Of a stretch of DNA of 20,000 nt, positions 8,834 through 18,289 are shown in pieces; within the stretch, counting starts at the first letter, position 1, and the number at the start of each line of letters is the position of its first letter. The notes under the pieces are model-generated. The model did not search any database and was not told the DNA's origin. It saw only the letters and a program-made list of their open reading frames with translations. Position numbers and translations under genes: made by a program. This DNA is from an uncultured virus (IMG/VR IMGVR_UViG_3300018478_000073). Lineage: Duplodnaviria > Heunggongvirae > Uroviricota > Caudoviricetes. The stretch lies in IMG/VR virus record IMGVR_UViG_3300018478_000073; one strand, given 5' to 3'.

Positions 8834-9479
8834 GACAGGGTATGAGACAGCTAAGAGATTTGAGTTCTCTGGTGTAAAAACTAAATTTGGCACAAAGAAA
8901 CACGCAGTTTTATTTAAGGTATACTGCGATGATACAGATGTAAAAGAGTGTATTGATTTATACAGGTCAAGTAAGAATGTGATTATGTTAGAGTATCAGG
9001 GTACATTATCTACGTTAGGTATGCAGGATTTGTCTAATGTCTACATTACAAGGGTATACGATTTTGGCACGAATATATCAGAGGATGATGTCAAGGGGGT
9101 AGTTGAAGAGCTTATTGATGGTTTGGTAGGAGTCATAAGATTGCCACAAGAGTATAGTGATATGAGATTCATTTACAATATGTCACAAAAGTATAGTAAT
9201 ATCAGATTCTGTGGTGGAAGTATATTTTGTATCGATGGTTGCAATGTTGGTTGCTGTGGAAGAGATATCTTGGATAAGGATAATGTAAAGTATGATGACA
9301 CTGAGTATTTCCACGAGGGGTGTTGCTGTGCATTAGAAACAGTTCCAGACACTGAGGTAATCTTGGAAGAGGGAGTAGTCAAGAAGTCACAGAGTAGTTC
9401 AGGTAAAACATCTGGCGGTAAGAAGAAGGTTGCACTATTTAAAAACTTGTTATATAGTGGGGGTACTCATGAATTATAA
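8820..9479 (+). CDS. Cysteine-rich hypothetical protein
   Basis: FCGG..FCIDGCNVGCCG and EGCCC clusters; SD GAGGTG. Confidence 0.75.
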   Translation: MLLVKTGYETAKRFEFSGVKTKFGTKKHAVLFKVYCDDTDVKECIDLYRSSKNVIMLEYQGTLSTLGMQDLSNVYITRVYDFGTNISEDDVKGVVEELIDGLVGVIRLPQEYSDMRFIYNMSQKYSNIRFCGGSIFCIDGCNVGCCGRDILDKDNVKYDDTEYFHEGCCCALETVPDTEVILEEGVVKKSQSSSGKTSGGKKKVALFKNLLYSGGTHEL

Positions 9480-9876
9480 TATAACTGGTAATCAGGTATT
9501 AATACTTGTTTGTTGTATAATAGGTATTTTACTTGCATTAAGTTTTTTAAAAAAGGTACTAAGGCTTATAGTAGTGGGGGTACTAGTAGTATTAATGTTA
9601 GTCATGTTTTTCATGTCTGAAAATGCATCAAGTATTGATTTGAGCAAGGTCAACATAGGTAAATATGAGAGCCTTGCATCCAATTCAAGTAGTATTAAGA
9701 TAGAGAATGGTACGCTTAAGATTAAGATACAAGATACTTTGGTAGATGTGTGTGCAATTACGAATATCAAAATATTGTCTGATGAACACTGTAGGTTATC
9801 AATAGATGGTGCTAGTTACGAAATCCACGATAGTGATATTGTAAGTTTGCTAAAGTCTTTGAGAAGCTACAGTTAA
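9469..9876 (+). CDS. Hypothetical membrane protein (N-terminal TM helices)
   Basis: ATG 9469 preferred because GGGGG at 9459 can act as SD; two N-terminal hydrophobic segments. Confidence 0.7.
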   Translation: MNYNITGNQVLILVCCIIGILLALSFLKKVLRLIVVGVLVVLMLVMFFMSENASSIDLSKVNIGKYESLASNSSSIKIENGTLKIKIQDTLVDVCAITNIKILSDEHCRLSIDGASYEIHDSDIVSLLKSLRSYS

Positions 9877-9923
9877 TATATGACAACTTTTATGAAGAAA
9901 TTTGTAAAAATGTCAGAAATCGC

Positions 9924-9952
9924 TTGCTTTTTTTGTAAAAGTGTGTTATAAT
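9924..9952 (+). promoter_or_regulatory. sigmaA-type promoter with extended -10, upstream of the sigma-like/polymerase operon
   Basis: TTGCTT (9924-9929), 17-bp spacer, TG-n-TATAAT (9947-9952); shares TGTTATAATAGT with the promoter at 90-118. Confidence 0.8.
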
Positions 9953-10015
9953 AGTAGCATAAACGTAAAACACATGATTAGGGATGGAAAAATATGGAAA
10001 GGGCGGTAAGCGAGT

Positions 10016-10603
10016 ATGAGTTTGTTGAAGAGTTTCAGTTTCGGCAGTAGTATGGGGGTAGATGAATTACCTATTGAGGTAATCAATTTATTTTCCGACT
10101 GTGTGGGTAAGGAGAAAGAACTTAATTATGCTAGTGAGATTGTCTATTCTGCATTAAATGGTAGAATTGATTACAATAGACCGTTTAATATTGATGCATA
10201 TGAGAATGCAATTAAAAAGTACAGTTCACTTGCACAGTATTCACGTAAGAAGAAGGAGAAATTCATTGATTTCACGGCTAATTCAGACGACAGTTATTCC
10301 GAATGCGTAAGGGCAGGGGGTATTCCAGAAGAGAAGTTAGATGTAAGTGGTGTAAAGGATGCTTATCTAGAGTTTGATGATAATGATGAGTTAATGCATG
10401 CAGTAGCTAATATTAAAAAATTGAATACAGAGTTTATTATTGTTGAAGAATTAGACATTATTGAGTCAATAAGATTAGCACTTAGGGGTATACCACAGGC
10501 TGTTGAAGACTTAAAACATCTTTGCGACTTTTATCCTAAGGTATCTGAGTACATAAAAACTATTTTAAGCTCTGGTTTCGAGTTTGAGGAGATTTTTGCT
10601 TAG
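10016..10603 (+). CDS. Hypothetical acidic helical protein
   Basis: 195-aa ORF, first gene after the promoter. Confidence 0.75.
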   Translation: MSLLKSFSFGSSMGVDELPIEVINLFSDCVGKEKELNYASEIVYSALNGRIDYNRPFNIDAYENAIKKYSSLAQYSRKKKEKFIDFTANSDDSYSECVRAGGIPEEKLDVSGVKDAYLEFDDNDELMHAVANIKKLNTEFIIVEELDIIESIRLALRGIPQAVEDLKHLCDFYPKVSEYIKTILSSGFEFEEIFA

Positions 10604-10621
10604 GTACGGAGGGTTTATGGA

Positions 10622-11710
10622 ATGAGGAGTTTTGGTTTTGACACTAGAGAGGAATATGGTAATCGGTTTGGTGAAATCTGGAGTGAGATAGAAAAGAACA
10701 GGTTATATTTTAAAAAATTTTGTGGCGATAGAGCGGATGAGGCTATGCAAAAAGCTCTTCATCATGCGGTATATCACTATAATGCAGAAAAGGGTGGTCT
10801 CAAGGTATATCTAAAGTCTTTAGCAAAGACGATTAATTCAACACCTAATAAAAGGACTGTATGTGTAGATTTTCTTGAGAATACTGTAACAGATAGTTAT
10901 ACTGGTGATAGTATCGGAGAGACAAATACCTATGGTGCATACAGAGCTTCTGATTTCAGTGAGGAGATTATAGAGGATTTGTACCTAGACTCTGATAAGA
11001 CAGATGAAATTGCTGATTTAGCTTTAGTAAGTATGAATATGTTTTTACATTTGTGTGAGTCACTAAAGACAGGCAGTATGGCTAGTATCTATTGCCCAGA
11101 CTCTTTTATAAGGTCTTGTATGATACTTGCAAGAAAGTGCAGGAGTTTTAATGAAGATTGCCTGAGAATATATGAAGAGTATGGTAATGACATGAAATTG
11201 TTCATAAGAAGTACCAATGTAAATCCAGATGACAAGTGGGTAGAGGCAGATTTCACTTATATCAATAAGCGTATTTCCAAAAGGGTACGGCTAACAGACG
11301 AAGAGGGGGTATCTGTTAAGGATGCGGATATCGAACCGTTTTACATAAGAGGTAACTACAAGGGTAAAAAGGTTGTTAAAGTAAGGTATAAGGATATTTA
11401 CGAAGAATTATTGGACATGCTTGATAGTCCAGTAAGTAATGCAATTAAGTTCTGCATTGGAGATAGGTTCATAGTAAAAACACTAGGGGGTAGTTTATCC
11501 GTTGCGAATCCTAAGTTATACAATATGTATGACTTAGTTGAAAAGGAGATATTAACAAACCTGCTAAAAGATACAGATAATAGTCAGTTATTAAATATAG
11601 GTTCTGAATGTATGTATTTTCTATGTAACGACACATACAATCTGGAGATACCAGAAAGAGAAATACGAGGAATTAGTCTTAATTTTGTTGCGGAGGAAGT
11701 TTTAGTATGA
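10622..11710 (+). CDS. Hypothetical protein with sigma70 region-2-like N-terminus
   Basis: ADEAMQKALHHAVYHYNAEKGGLKVYLKSLAK fits the region-2 pattern (D..Q....A...YD..KG.F..Y); SD GGAGG. Confidence 0.55.
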   Translation: MRSFGFDTREEYGNRFGEIWSEIEKNRLYFKKFCGDRADEAMQKALHHAVYHYNAEKGGLKVYLKSLAKTINSTPNKRTVCVDFLENTVTDSYTGDSIGETNTYGAYRASDFSEEIIEDLYLDSDKTDEIADLALVSMNMFLHLCESLKTGSMASIYCPDSFIRSCMILARKCRSFNEDCLRIYEEYGNDMKLFIRSTNVNPDDKWVEADFTYINKRISKRVRLTDEEGVSVKDADIEPFYIRGNYKGKKVVKVRYKDIYEELLDMLDSPVSNAIKFCIGDRFIVKTLGGSLSVANPKLYNMYDLVEKEILTNLLKDTDNSQLLNIGSECMYFLCNDTYNLEIPEREIRGISLNFVAEEVLV

Positions 11711-12114
11711 GAGTAAGTATTGCAGTTAAGGGTGATATCATTTCTATCTATTCAGATGACTTAGGTATAAAGAGAGTAGAAAAAATCAGAGATAAGGAGT
11801 TAGTTGGAAAAAGGTTTTACGGTGTAATGTACGCAGTAAGACGTACAGTTTCCTTACTAAGGTCAAAATTGGAGGATTTAAGAACTGATGATATTATTAC
11901 ATTCGAGGTAAGTAATGGAATCCTTGTAAAGTGGATATTGGAGGAGGCATCAAATAGGGATTACGAGGAGTACTTTACTGAGATGATGAATGAATTAAAT
12001 ATGCTCCCTATGAGATACACATTTAACTGCATAGATAATGTAAAGGCATCTATGTATTTAGATGAGTCCAATATAGAAAAAGTTAGCTTAGGTAGTTTGG
12101 AGGATATGTTGTAA
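11707..12114 (+). CDS. Hypothetical protein, possible degenerate RNase H-like fold
   Basis: IITFEVSNGILVKWI resembles the RNase HI V.I..DS.LVV..I segment without the catalytic Asp; overlaps both neighbours. Confidence 0.5.
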   Translation: MRVSIAVKGDIISIYSDDLGIKRVEKIRDKELVGKRFYGVMYAVRRTVSLLRSKLEDLRTDDIITFEVSNGILVKWILEEASNRDYEEYFTEMMNELNMLPMRYTFNCIDNVKASMYLDESNIEKVSLGSLEDML

Positions 12115-15100
12115 TGTTAAGAGGTAAAATAAAGTATAAAGGTTATTCTTATGATGTTTATGGTAATGATACGATAAGCTCAATGAACTTAAGATTAGAG
12201 TCAGCAGTGTTTGACTCTATTTTATTTATGGCGGATGAGAATCTTGTGGAACATGGAAATGAGCTTTGGGAGCGAGGGTTAAAGATAGGCGTATCTAAGG
12301 TAGATATCGAAACAGGAAATTACATAGATTCTGTAACAGGTAAGTTGGTTAAGTATCCAGTTAATGTTGATTTCTTTTGCAGATTAGGTGCGGTATTAAG
12401 GTATGCAAAGGCACATTGTTATACAAAAAATATAAATGGGTTTACAGGGTTACAGTTAGCTTCTGGAGAATTCTCACCAGAGTCTGAGACAGAGTATATT
12501 ATCCCATTTGAGGACAGGTCTGATGGTGAGGAACTTGCTAGAGTAAAAATCCGATTAGGGGGTATCGTGAGTATTCAGTTGAAAACTGAAGATATCGAGG
12601 TAGACCTAAAGGAAGACCCATTTTCTCGTAATAACCTTATGCCTACATTTAAGAATGGTGTATCAAAGGGGTTTGCTTTTATCGAGGAGTACTTAGGTTT
12701 TAAGATTAAACAACAGGAGGTATTTCACAGCAATCAGTTAAACGGTATGTACAGTAGTATTGCTGAGGTAGCTGAGGCGCATCCAGAGAAAGAGTTTTCA
12801 TGGTTACTTGATAAGAACTATAAAATCGTAACAGATGAAATGTTGGATGAGGTATGTGATTACATATATGGTTTTGATGGCTACGTGTATTATGATACTG
12901 AGACTACAGGGTTAAATATTAACTTCCGCTCGAGAACTGGACAAGCTGACCAATGCGTAGGTGTCATCTTATCAGTAATTGATGGTGAGTCATTTTTCTT
13001 TCCAATGCAGATGAAGTCAATTAAGAATTTGTGTGGTGGTGACCATTTTTACTTTATGGAACATTACATGAGACGTATTCTTGAGCAGAAGCAGTTAGTA
13101 GCGCACAATGCACCATTCGACTGGAAGGTATCGCATATTTACGACATTAACGCAAATTTTGTACATGATACATTGGCATTATTTAAGTTAACACTAGGTC
13201 AGGAGACATTTGATTTACCTGTTAATTTGAAGTATTTAGCATCAGTATACTTAAGAAGAGATTCTTTGGAGTTAGACGACCTTGTAGTTGATGATTCATG
13301 GGGAGAATCGGATATTAAGTTCTGGGACTTACCAGAGGAGCTTGTAAGGTATTATGCCTGTGCAGATACTGATAATACGAGAGGTCTCTTAATGTATGCG
13401 GAGCAGTCAAATTTATTAATAAGGTTTAATGCAACGAAGGTATATGAGATAGAGTTGGCATTTGGGTTTGCAGTAGCATACCAAGAGTTCTACGGTCACT
13501 TATTTGATATAAACAAGGTAGCAACTCTCCGTGAAGAAATTCAGAGAAACATTGATACACTTTACTCAAGTATGAAGAATATTATAGGTCACGACTTCAA
13601 CCCAAATTCTTCACCTCAGTTGATTAAGATTCTTTATACAGAATTGGGTATTCCAGTTCAGATTAGCAGGAAAACAAATAGACCAACAACTGATAAAGAG
13701 ACTTTAAAGCATCTAGCTGAGTTAACTAATATCGAAGGTGATACGATGTATCCTTTCTGTAAGTTACTGCTTGATTACCGAGTAGAGGAGGGGGTACGTA
13801 AGATTATAGACAAGTTCCCAGAACTTTCAACTCAGGATGGTTATTTGTTTAGTGGTGTAAAACAGTACGGAACAACTACAGGTAGGGTATCAATTAAAGA
13901 GCCTAACTATCAGAGTTATAACAATCCAGTTAAGAAGAATATTATACCGAGACCTGGGTTTTATATGTTTGATACAGACTATTCCTCTGTAGAATATCGA
14001 GTTTTGGGTAATATGAGTGGAAATAAAATGATTAAGGAGAACTTTTACGACCCAGACTTTGATTATCATGCATATCAGGCATCACGTATGTACAGGATAC
14101 CTTACTCAAGTGTTACGAGTCCGTTAAGAAAAGCAGCCAAAGGTATTAACTTCGGATTACCATATGGTATGGGAGATGAATCTTTGGGGGTACGAATCTT
14201 TGGAGAGAAGTCCGATGAAAATACAAGAAAAGCGTCAGCATTGAGAAGAAGTTATTTTAAAGGTCAGGAAGATATCCAGACTTTCTTCGAGGTAGCAAGA
14301 GAAGGTGGAGCAAAGAATGGTTACACAGAGACGTACTTTGGGCGAAGAAGATACTATGATAAGACAAAGTTTACAATTAATGGTATCAAAAGGCAGGCAG
14401 GAAATCATGTAATACAGGGTACAGCAGCTGATATTTACAAGTTAGCAGTTGGTAGGGTATTTAAGAGAATATGCAAAGAGGGTTGGCTTGGTAAGGTGTT
14501 ACTGACTGGGTTTATTCACGATGAGTTATTAGGTGAGGTTTCTTGTGAAATAGACCCGATGGTATGGTTAAAGACTTTACGTGAAGAGTTTGAGGTAAAA
14601 ATTGTAGATGACAATGGAAATCCTTGGTGTCCACTGTATATGGGGTTTGGATGGGGTAGAAATTGGTATGAAGCAAAGTCTACTGAAATTCCTATCAAGT
14701 TACAGTGGGAATTTGTTGAGAAGTATGGAGAATCAGGCTTTCCAGACTGGGATGCAGATATAGATAAGTTCTGTGATGCAGTACCCGATATGATTAGGGT
14801 ATTTGAGATTAAAGATTGTGCAAAACAGCTATTATCGGAAGAGGCACAGGGTAAGGAGATTAAGCCAGCCTTAAACTCTGCGATTCTGGGGGTATTAAAG
14901 GAAGATGCTAAGCATTACAAAGATTGTATTAATGACAGGTCTTTACTTGATACATACCATATTAAAGGATTTATGCACGATAGCGAAGGGGGTATTTTAG
15001 ATGAGATACCAAAGACTACGGATACGCAGTTAGCTATTGATTACTTTTGTATGCTACACGAAGTAGACAGAAGTAAAATAGATGTAAAAAGTATTGAGGA

Positions 15101-15458
15101 TGCAGATATAGCCACCCAAGATAGTGACTCTGAATTAGAGATTGATTCAGAAAACAGGGAAGAGTTAAGTATAGAACAAATTAAGATGTTAGCTGTTGAG
15201 AACACAATTAAAACGTTGGGGGTATATGTAGACACTGATGCAAAGCAGGTGAAATGTCTTTTATTACCTAATAACTGGTTAGGTCTTGTCAAGAATTGCA
15301 CACAGAGTTATGGGACAAGTAGTAGTGCATACAGACTTTACTTTGTTGATATGGATAGTAAGAAATTATTTGAAACGCAGACAGAAGTAGCATCTGAAAA
15401 CATGAATGCACTTCAGAATATTTACATCAAGTATATGAGCATGATGAGAAGTAACTAG
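12114..15458 (+). CDS. polA: Family A DNA polymerase with 3'-5' exonuclease and long N- and C-terminal extensions
   Basis: ExoI DTETTGL, ExoII HNAPFD, ExoIII YACAD; TTTGRVS..EPNYQ; motif A DYSSVEYR; motif B RKAAKGINFGLPYG; NHVIQGTAADI; motif C HDE. Confidence 0.95.
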   Translation: MLRGKIKYKGYSYDVYGNDTISSMNLRLESAVFDSILFMADENLVEHGNELWERGLKIGVSKVDIETGNYIDSVTGKLVKYPVNVDFFCRLGAVLRYAKAHCYTKNINGFTGLQLASGEFSPESETEYIIPFEDRSDGEELARVKIRLGGIVSIQLKTEDIEVDLKEDPFSRNNLMPTFKNGVSKGFAFIEEYLGFKIKQQEVFHSNQLNGMYSSIAEVAEAHPEKEFSWLLDKNYKIVTDEMLDEVCDYIYGFDGYVYYDTETTGLNINFRSRTGQADQCVGVILSVIDGESFFFPMQMKSIKNLCGGDHFYFMEHYMRRILEQKQLVAHNAPFDWKVSHIYDINANFVHDTLALFKLTLGQETFDLPVNLKYLASVYLRRDSLELDDLVVDDSWGESDIKFWDLPEELVRYYACADTDNTRGLLMYAEQSNLLIRFNATKVYEIELAFGFAVAYQEFYGHLFDINKVATLREEIQRNIDTLYSSMKNIIGHDFNPNSSPQLIKILYTELGIPVQISRKTNRPTTDKETLKHLAELTNIEGDTMYPFCKLLLDYRVEEGVRKIIDKFPELSTQDGYLFSGVKQYGTTTGRVSIKEPNYQSYNNPVKKNIIPRPGFYMFDTDYSSVEYRVLGNMSGNKMIKENFYDPDFDYHAYQASRMYRIPYSSVTSPLRKAAKGINFGLPYGMGDESLGVRIFGEKSDENTRKASALRRSYFKGQEDIQTFFEVAREGGAKNGYTETYFGRRRYYDKTKFTINGIKRQAGNHVIQGTAADIYKLAVGRVFKRICKEGWLGKVLLTGFIHDELLGEVSCEIDPMVWLKTLREEFEVKIVDDNGNPWCPLYMGFGWGRNWYEAKSTEIPIKLQWEFVEKYGESGFPDWDADIDKFCDAVPDMIRVFEIKDCAKQLLSEEAQGKEIKPALNSAILGVLKEDAKHYKDCINDRSLLDTYHIKGFMHDSEGGILDEIPKTTDTQLAIDYFCMLHEVDRSKIDVKSIEDADIATQDSDSELEIDSENREELSIEQIKMLAVENTIKTLGVYVDTDAKQVKCLLLPNNWLGLVKNCTQSYGTSSSAYRLYFVDMDSKKLFETQTEVASENMNALQNIYIKYMSMMRSN

Positions 15459-15476
15459 AAAGGGAGGAACTGATGT

Positions 15477-15848
15477 ATGACATTAGGTTATGAAGTAGAG
15501 GAGGAAAAAAGGTCATTTGAGCAAAAGGGTATAACTGGTTCTGTAACGAGGTATGTAAGTGGAAGTTTAGACTTCCCTTGCTTTATAGTTAAAGCACCGT
15601 TCGAGCAATATAAAATTAGAGTATTAAGTACAATGTTTCAAAAGGTAGATTCTTACAGTGAGTACGAGTCAAACCTTGCAATTAATTTGTACTTTGAGAG
15701 TACTGATGGAAGACTAGCAGGACTTGGAAAGATTTACCCAAGACAAGTTAATTCATTCTTAAAACTCTTCAGTACAAATAAGGTTTCAGGATTCTATGAA
15801 GATGGAACAGAGCTACAAGGAGATTATTTATATGTGCTAGGAGGTTGA
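15477..15848 (+). CDS. Hypothetical protein downstream of polA
   Basis: SD GGAGG; 123-aa ORF. Confidence 0.75.
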   Translation: MTLGYEVEEEKRSFEQKGITGSVTRYVSGSLDFPCFIVKAPFEQYKIRVLSTMFQKVDSYSEYESNLAINLYFESTDGRLAGLGKIYPRQVNSFLKLFSTNKVSGFYEDGTELQGDYLYVLGG

Positions 15849-15854
15849 TTATAT

Positions 15855-16376
15855 TTGAGGGTATGTGAGTTAAAAAGTATATTTGGTTTGGATATTAAGT
15901 TAGCCAAGCAGGGTGCGAGAAAGTATAAGTTAACAACATATATGTGTATGCTACTTGATGCATTGATAGTTATTACTTGTGCTATGAGTTTGTTTAAGGT
16001 TGGCAACGCAGTATTGTTTTTAGAGATATCGACTGTCGTAGCAATAGGTATTAACATGTTAGCCTTTGCTATTGTAGGTGGAGATAATAGGGAGGCATAC
16101 ATAGCGTACAGTAAATTGCGCAATAAGGGGGTATCAGAAAAGAGGTACTCGTTAGATGAGAAGGCACTTTACTCTGTATTATTTTGTTCAGGGTATAAAA
16201 GAATAAAGAAAAACTCTACAGCAGATGTTTATAAGGAAGCAATAAATAGTGCTTGTATGCAGAGTTTAAAGTACTCAAGAAGAATTTTAAAAAATTTATC
16301 AAAGTATGAGTCAGAGAATGGTAATATGACAATTTTTACATGTAAGGGGTATTATATTGATATTAAGGAGGATTAA
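15855..16376 (+). CDS. Hypothetical membrane protein (about 2 TM helices)
   Basis: TTG start after GGAGGT; two hydrophobic segments; basic C-terminal region. Confidence 0.7.
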   Translation: MRVCELKSIFGLDIKLAKQGARKYKLTTYMCMLLDALIVITCAMSLFKVGNAVLFLEISTVVAIGINMLAFAIVGGDNREAYIAYSKLRNKGVSEKRYSLDEKALYSVLFCSGYKRIKKNSTADVYKEAINSACMQSLKYSRRILKNLSKYESENGNMTIFTCKGYYIDIKED

Positions 16377-16378
16377 TA

Positions 16379-17323
16379 ATGAGTAATATTATTTCAGAGC
16401 AGGATTTAAAGAATAAGTACAATGGAGATTGTATTTCTGGTGTAATCTTAATGGGAGAGGTAGTTAGAGGTACAACAAAAAATGGAAAGCCGTTCTATTC
16501 TGGTACTCTCACCTCAGGAGAACAGGTGTCATACAAGGTATGGGATTCCACATTAGCTTTTGAGACATTAAGACAGGCAGATTTAAGTGGACATGTTGTA
16601 GATATCGAGGGTACGTGGAATGAGTATCAAGGTACATGGAGCATTATAATTAACAGAATTGTAGATTTAGGAGATGGCACTTCATCAGGTGTGGGGGTAT
16701 CTGATTTCTTAAAGAGTAGATATGACATTCCGTCATACTGGGCAGGTTTGCTAGCATTAATGAAACAGAATCTAACTGATAACGGGTACAAGGTAGCAGA
16801 TAAGATTTTGTTCAGTAATCCAGATGTAGCAGAACAGTTTAAGTATGCTTTTGCTGCTAAGAGTCATCATGATAACTGCAAAGGTGGTTTACTTGCACAT
16901 ACATACAAAATTTGTTATTTAGCGAATGTGTTTGTTAACTTATATCCAAGTATGGTAGATAAGGATTTATTATACTTAGGTTGTCTTTTACATGATATTG
17001 GAAAAGTAAGAGAAATGGATATGGGGGTATATCAGGAGGTATCAAAGGTAACACACAGGTTCTTAGGTATCGAGATGCTTGATAAGGACTTAATCGTATC
17101 TATTTACGGCGAGAGTTTCTATTATGAGCTTGTAAGTATTCTTCTTCAGCATCACGGAGAGTATGCAGACCCATGTAAGACAGTTTCTTCTTACATTGTT
17201 CATTTGATTGATTGTATAGAGTCAAGATTCATGGGATTGGTACAGAACATGGAGTTATCAGATAACTGTGGAAAAGTTAATGTAGATGGAAGTTATCTGA
17301 GTTACCCAACATTACAGGAGTAA
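16379..17323 (+). CDS. yhaM: YhaM/Cbf1-like 3'-5' exonuclease (OB fold plus HD domain)
   Basis: N-terminal OB fold (TKNGKPF...KVWD...V.IEG...EYQG), AAKSHH...GGLLAHT, LLHDIGK, HHGE. Confidence 0.88.
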   Translation: MSNIISEQDLKNKYNGDCISGVILMGEVVRGTTKNGKPFYSGTLTSGEQVSYKVWDSTLAFETLRQADLSGHVVDIEGTWNEYQGTWSIIINRIVDLGDGTSSGVGVSDFLKSRYDIPSYWAGLLALMKQNLTDNGYKVADKILFSNPDVAEQFKYAFAAKSHHDNCKGGLLAHTYKICYLANVFVNLYPSMVDKDLLYLGCLLHDIGKVREMDMGVYQEVSKVTHRFLGIEMLDKDLIVSIYGESFYYELVSILLQHHGEYADPCKTVSSYIVHLIDCIESRFMGLVQNMELSDNCGKVNVDGSYLSYPTLQE

Positions 17324-17396
17324 TAATAAAGAAATACATTCAAAATCTGGAGGTTTGTATTAATTCCGCATAAGAGCTGGTAGGGGGTATTAGATT

Positions 17397-18248
17397 TTGA
17401 AGCATAAGAAATTATACATAGCACTTGTCGTTGTAGTTTCATTAGTAATTGTAGCATTTATAATAAGAGGTATAAATAAGAGCAGAGACTCTGACTCGAA
17501 TAATGTACAGGACACACAGCTGTCACAGCAAGTAGAGGGTACTGATGAAGATGAACCTACGGAGAATACTCAGTCAGAGTATCAGTCGAGTTTGAGCCTA
17601 AAGGCAAAGGAAGAGCAGAAAGAGCGTGACGAGGCACAAAGAAGATTAAATGAGAAGCGTGATGCTGATAAGAAAGCTGAGGATAAGAGAAAAGCTGAAG
17701 AGTATGCTAAGAGTGCCAAGGCAAAATATGGTGACTCTGTAAAGGTATGGAGTAGTGATGGAGTTCCAAGCAAAATGGAGGATGGTAAGTCCATTAAAGA
17801 CTTCTATAAGAGTATGAGGTTAAGTGATGTCGGCAGTAACTGGGGTAGTGCCTTGACAGATAAGGATAAGTTAACTGATAGTTTTTACATGGTTGGTGTA
17901 GACCAGAATCCAGATGATTACGTAAGTGGCGTAGACATGCAGAGCTTCGGTTGGTTAATAGAGAATATCGGAGGATTACCGAGTGATACTGCAATAAAGT
18001 TCACAGACCTTAATATCGTTGGAAGTCTTTCAGATGACCACGTAGCGGTGTTAGCATGTTACGACTGGTACAGTATATGGGGTATGAAGGATACACTTTT
18101 AGTATTTGAGGATATATCAGGAACATTGAATCCAAAGGATTTTACAGAGGGTAAGATTTTTTCTGCTATAGCCTATGCGCATAATATTAAGGTTGTACAG
18201 TATGGTGGGTACAATATAGTGTGCGTACAATATAACACATTTAGTTAA
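17397..18248 (+). CDS. Membrane-anchored extracytoplasmic protein with charged coiled-coil linker
   Basis: TTG start; MKHKK plus TM helix, then low-complexity and E/K/A-rich segments, then a globular C-terminal domain. Confidence 0.8.
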   Translation: MKHKKLYIALVVVVSLVIVAFIIRGINKSRDSDSNNVQDTQLSQQVEGTDEDEPTENTQSEYQSSLSLKAKEEQKERDEAQRRLNEKRDADKKAEDKRKAEEYAKSAKAKYGDSVKVWSSDGVPSKMEDGKSIKDFYKSMRLSDVGSNWGSALTDKDKLTDSFYMVGVDQNPDDYVSGVDMQSFGWLIENIGGLPSDTAIKFTDLNIVGSLSDDHVAVLACYDWYSIWGMKDTLLVFEDISGTLNPKDFTEGKIFSAIAYAHNIKVVQYGGYNIVCVQYNTFS

Positions 18249-18272
18249 GGAGGTGAGTAAAACCTCCTTTTT
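18247..18272 (+). terminator. Intrinsic terminator-like hairpin
   Basis: AAGGAGGT / ACCTCCTT stem, 7-nt loop, T-run. Confidence 0.7.
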
Positions 18273-18289
18273 ATATAGGGGGTAGTATT

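Noticed and set aside
12114..15458. Intein or intron in the long polA
   Set aside because: Exo and polymerase motifs are normally spaced, no intein ends or LAGLIDADG motifs were seen, and the extra length is terminal.
2645..18284. GGGGGTA explained simply as a Shine-Dalgarno variant
   Set aside because: Only about four of 36 copies precede start codons; the rest are mid-gene or in a terminator, and the invariant TA is not needed for SD pairing.
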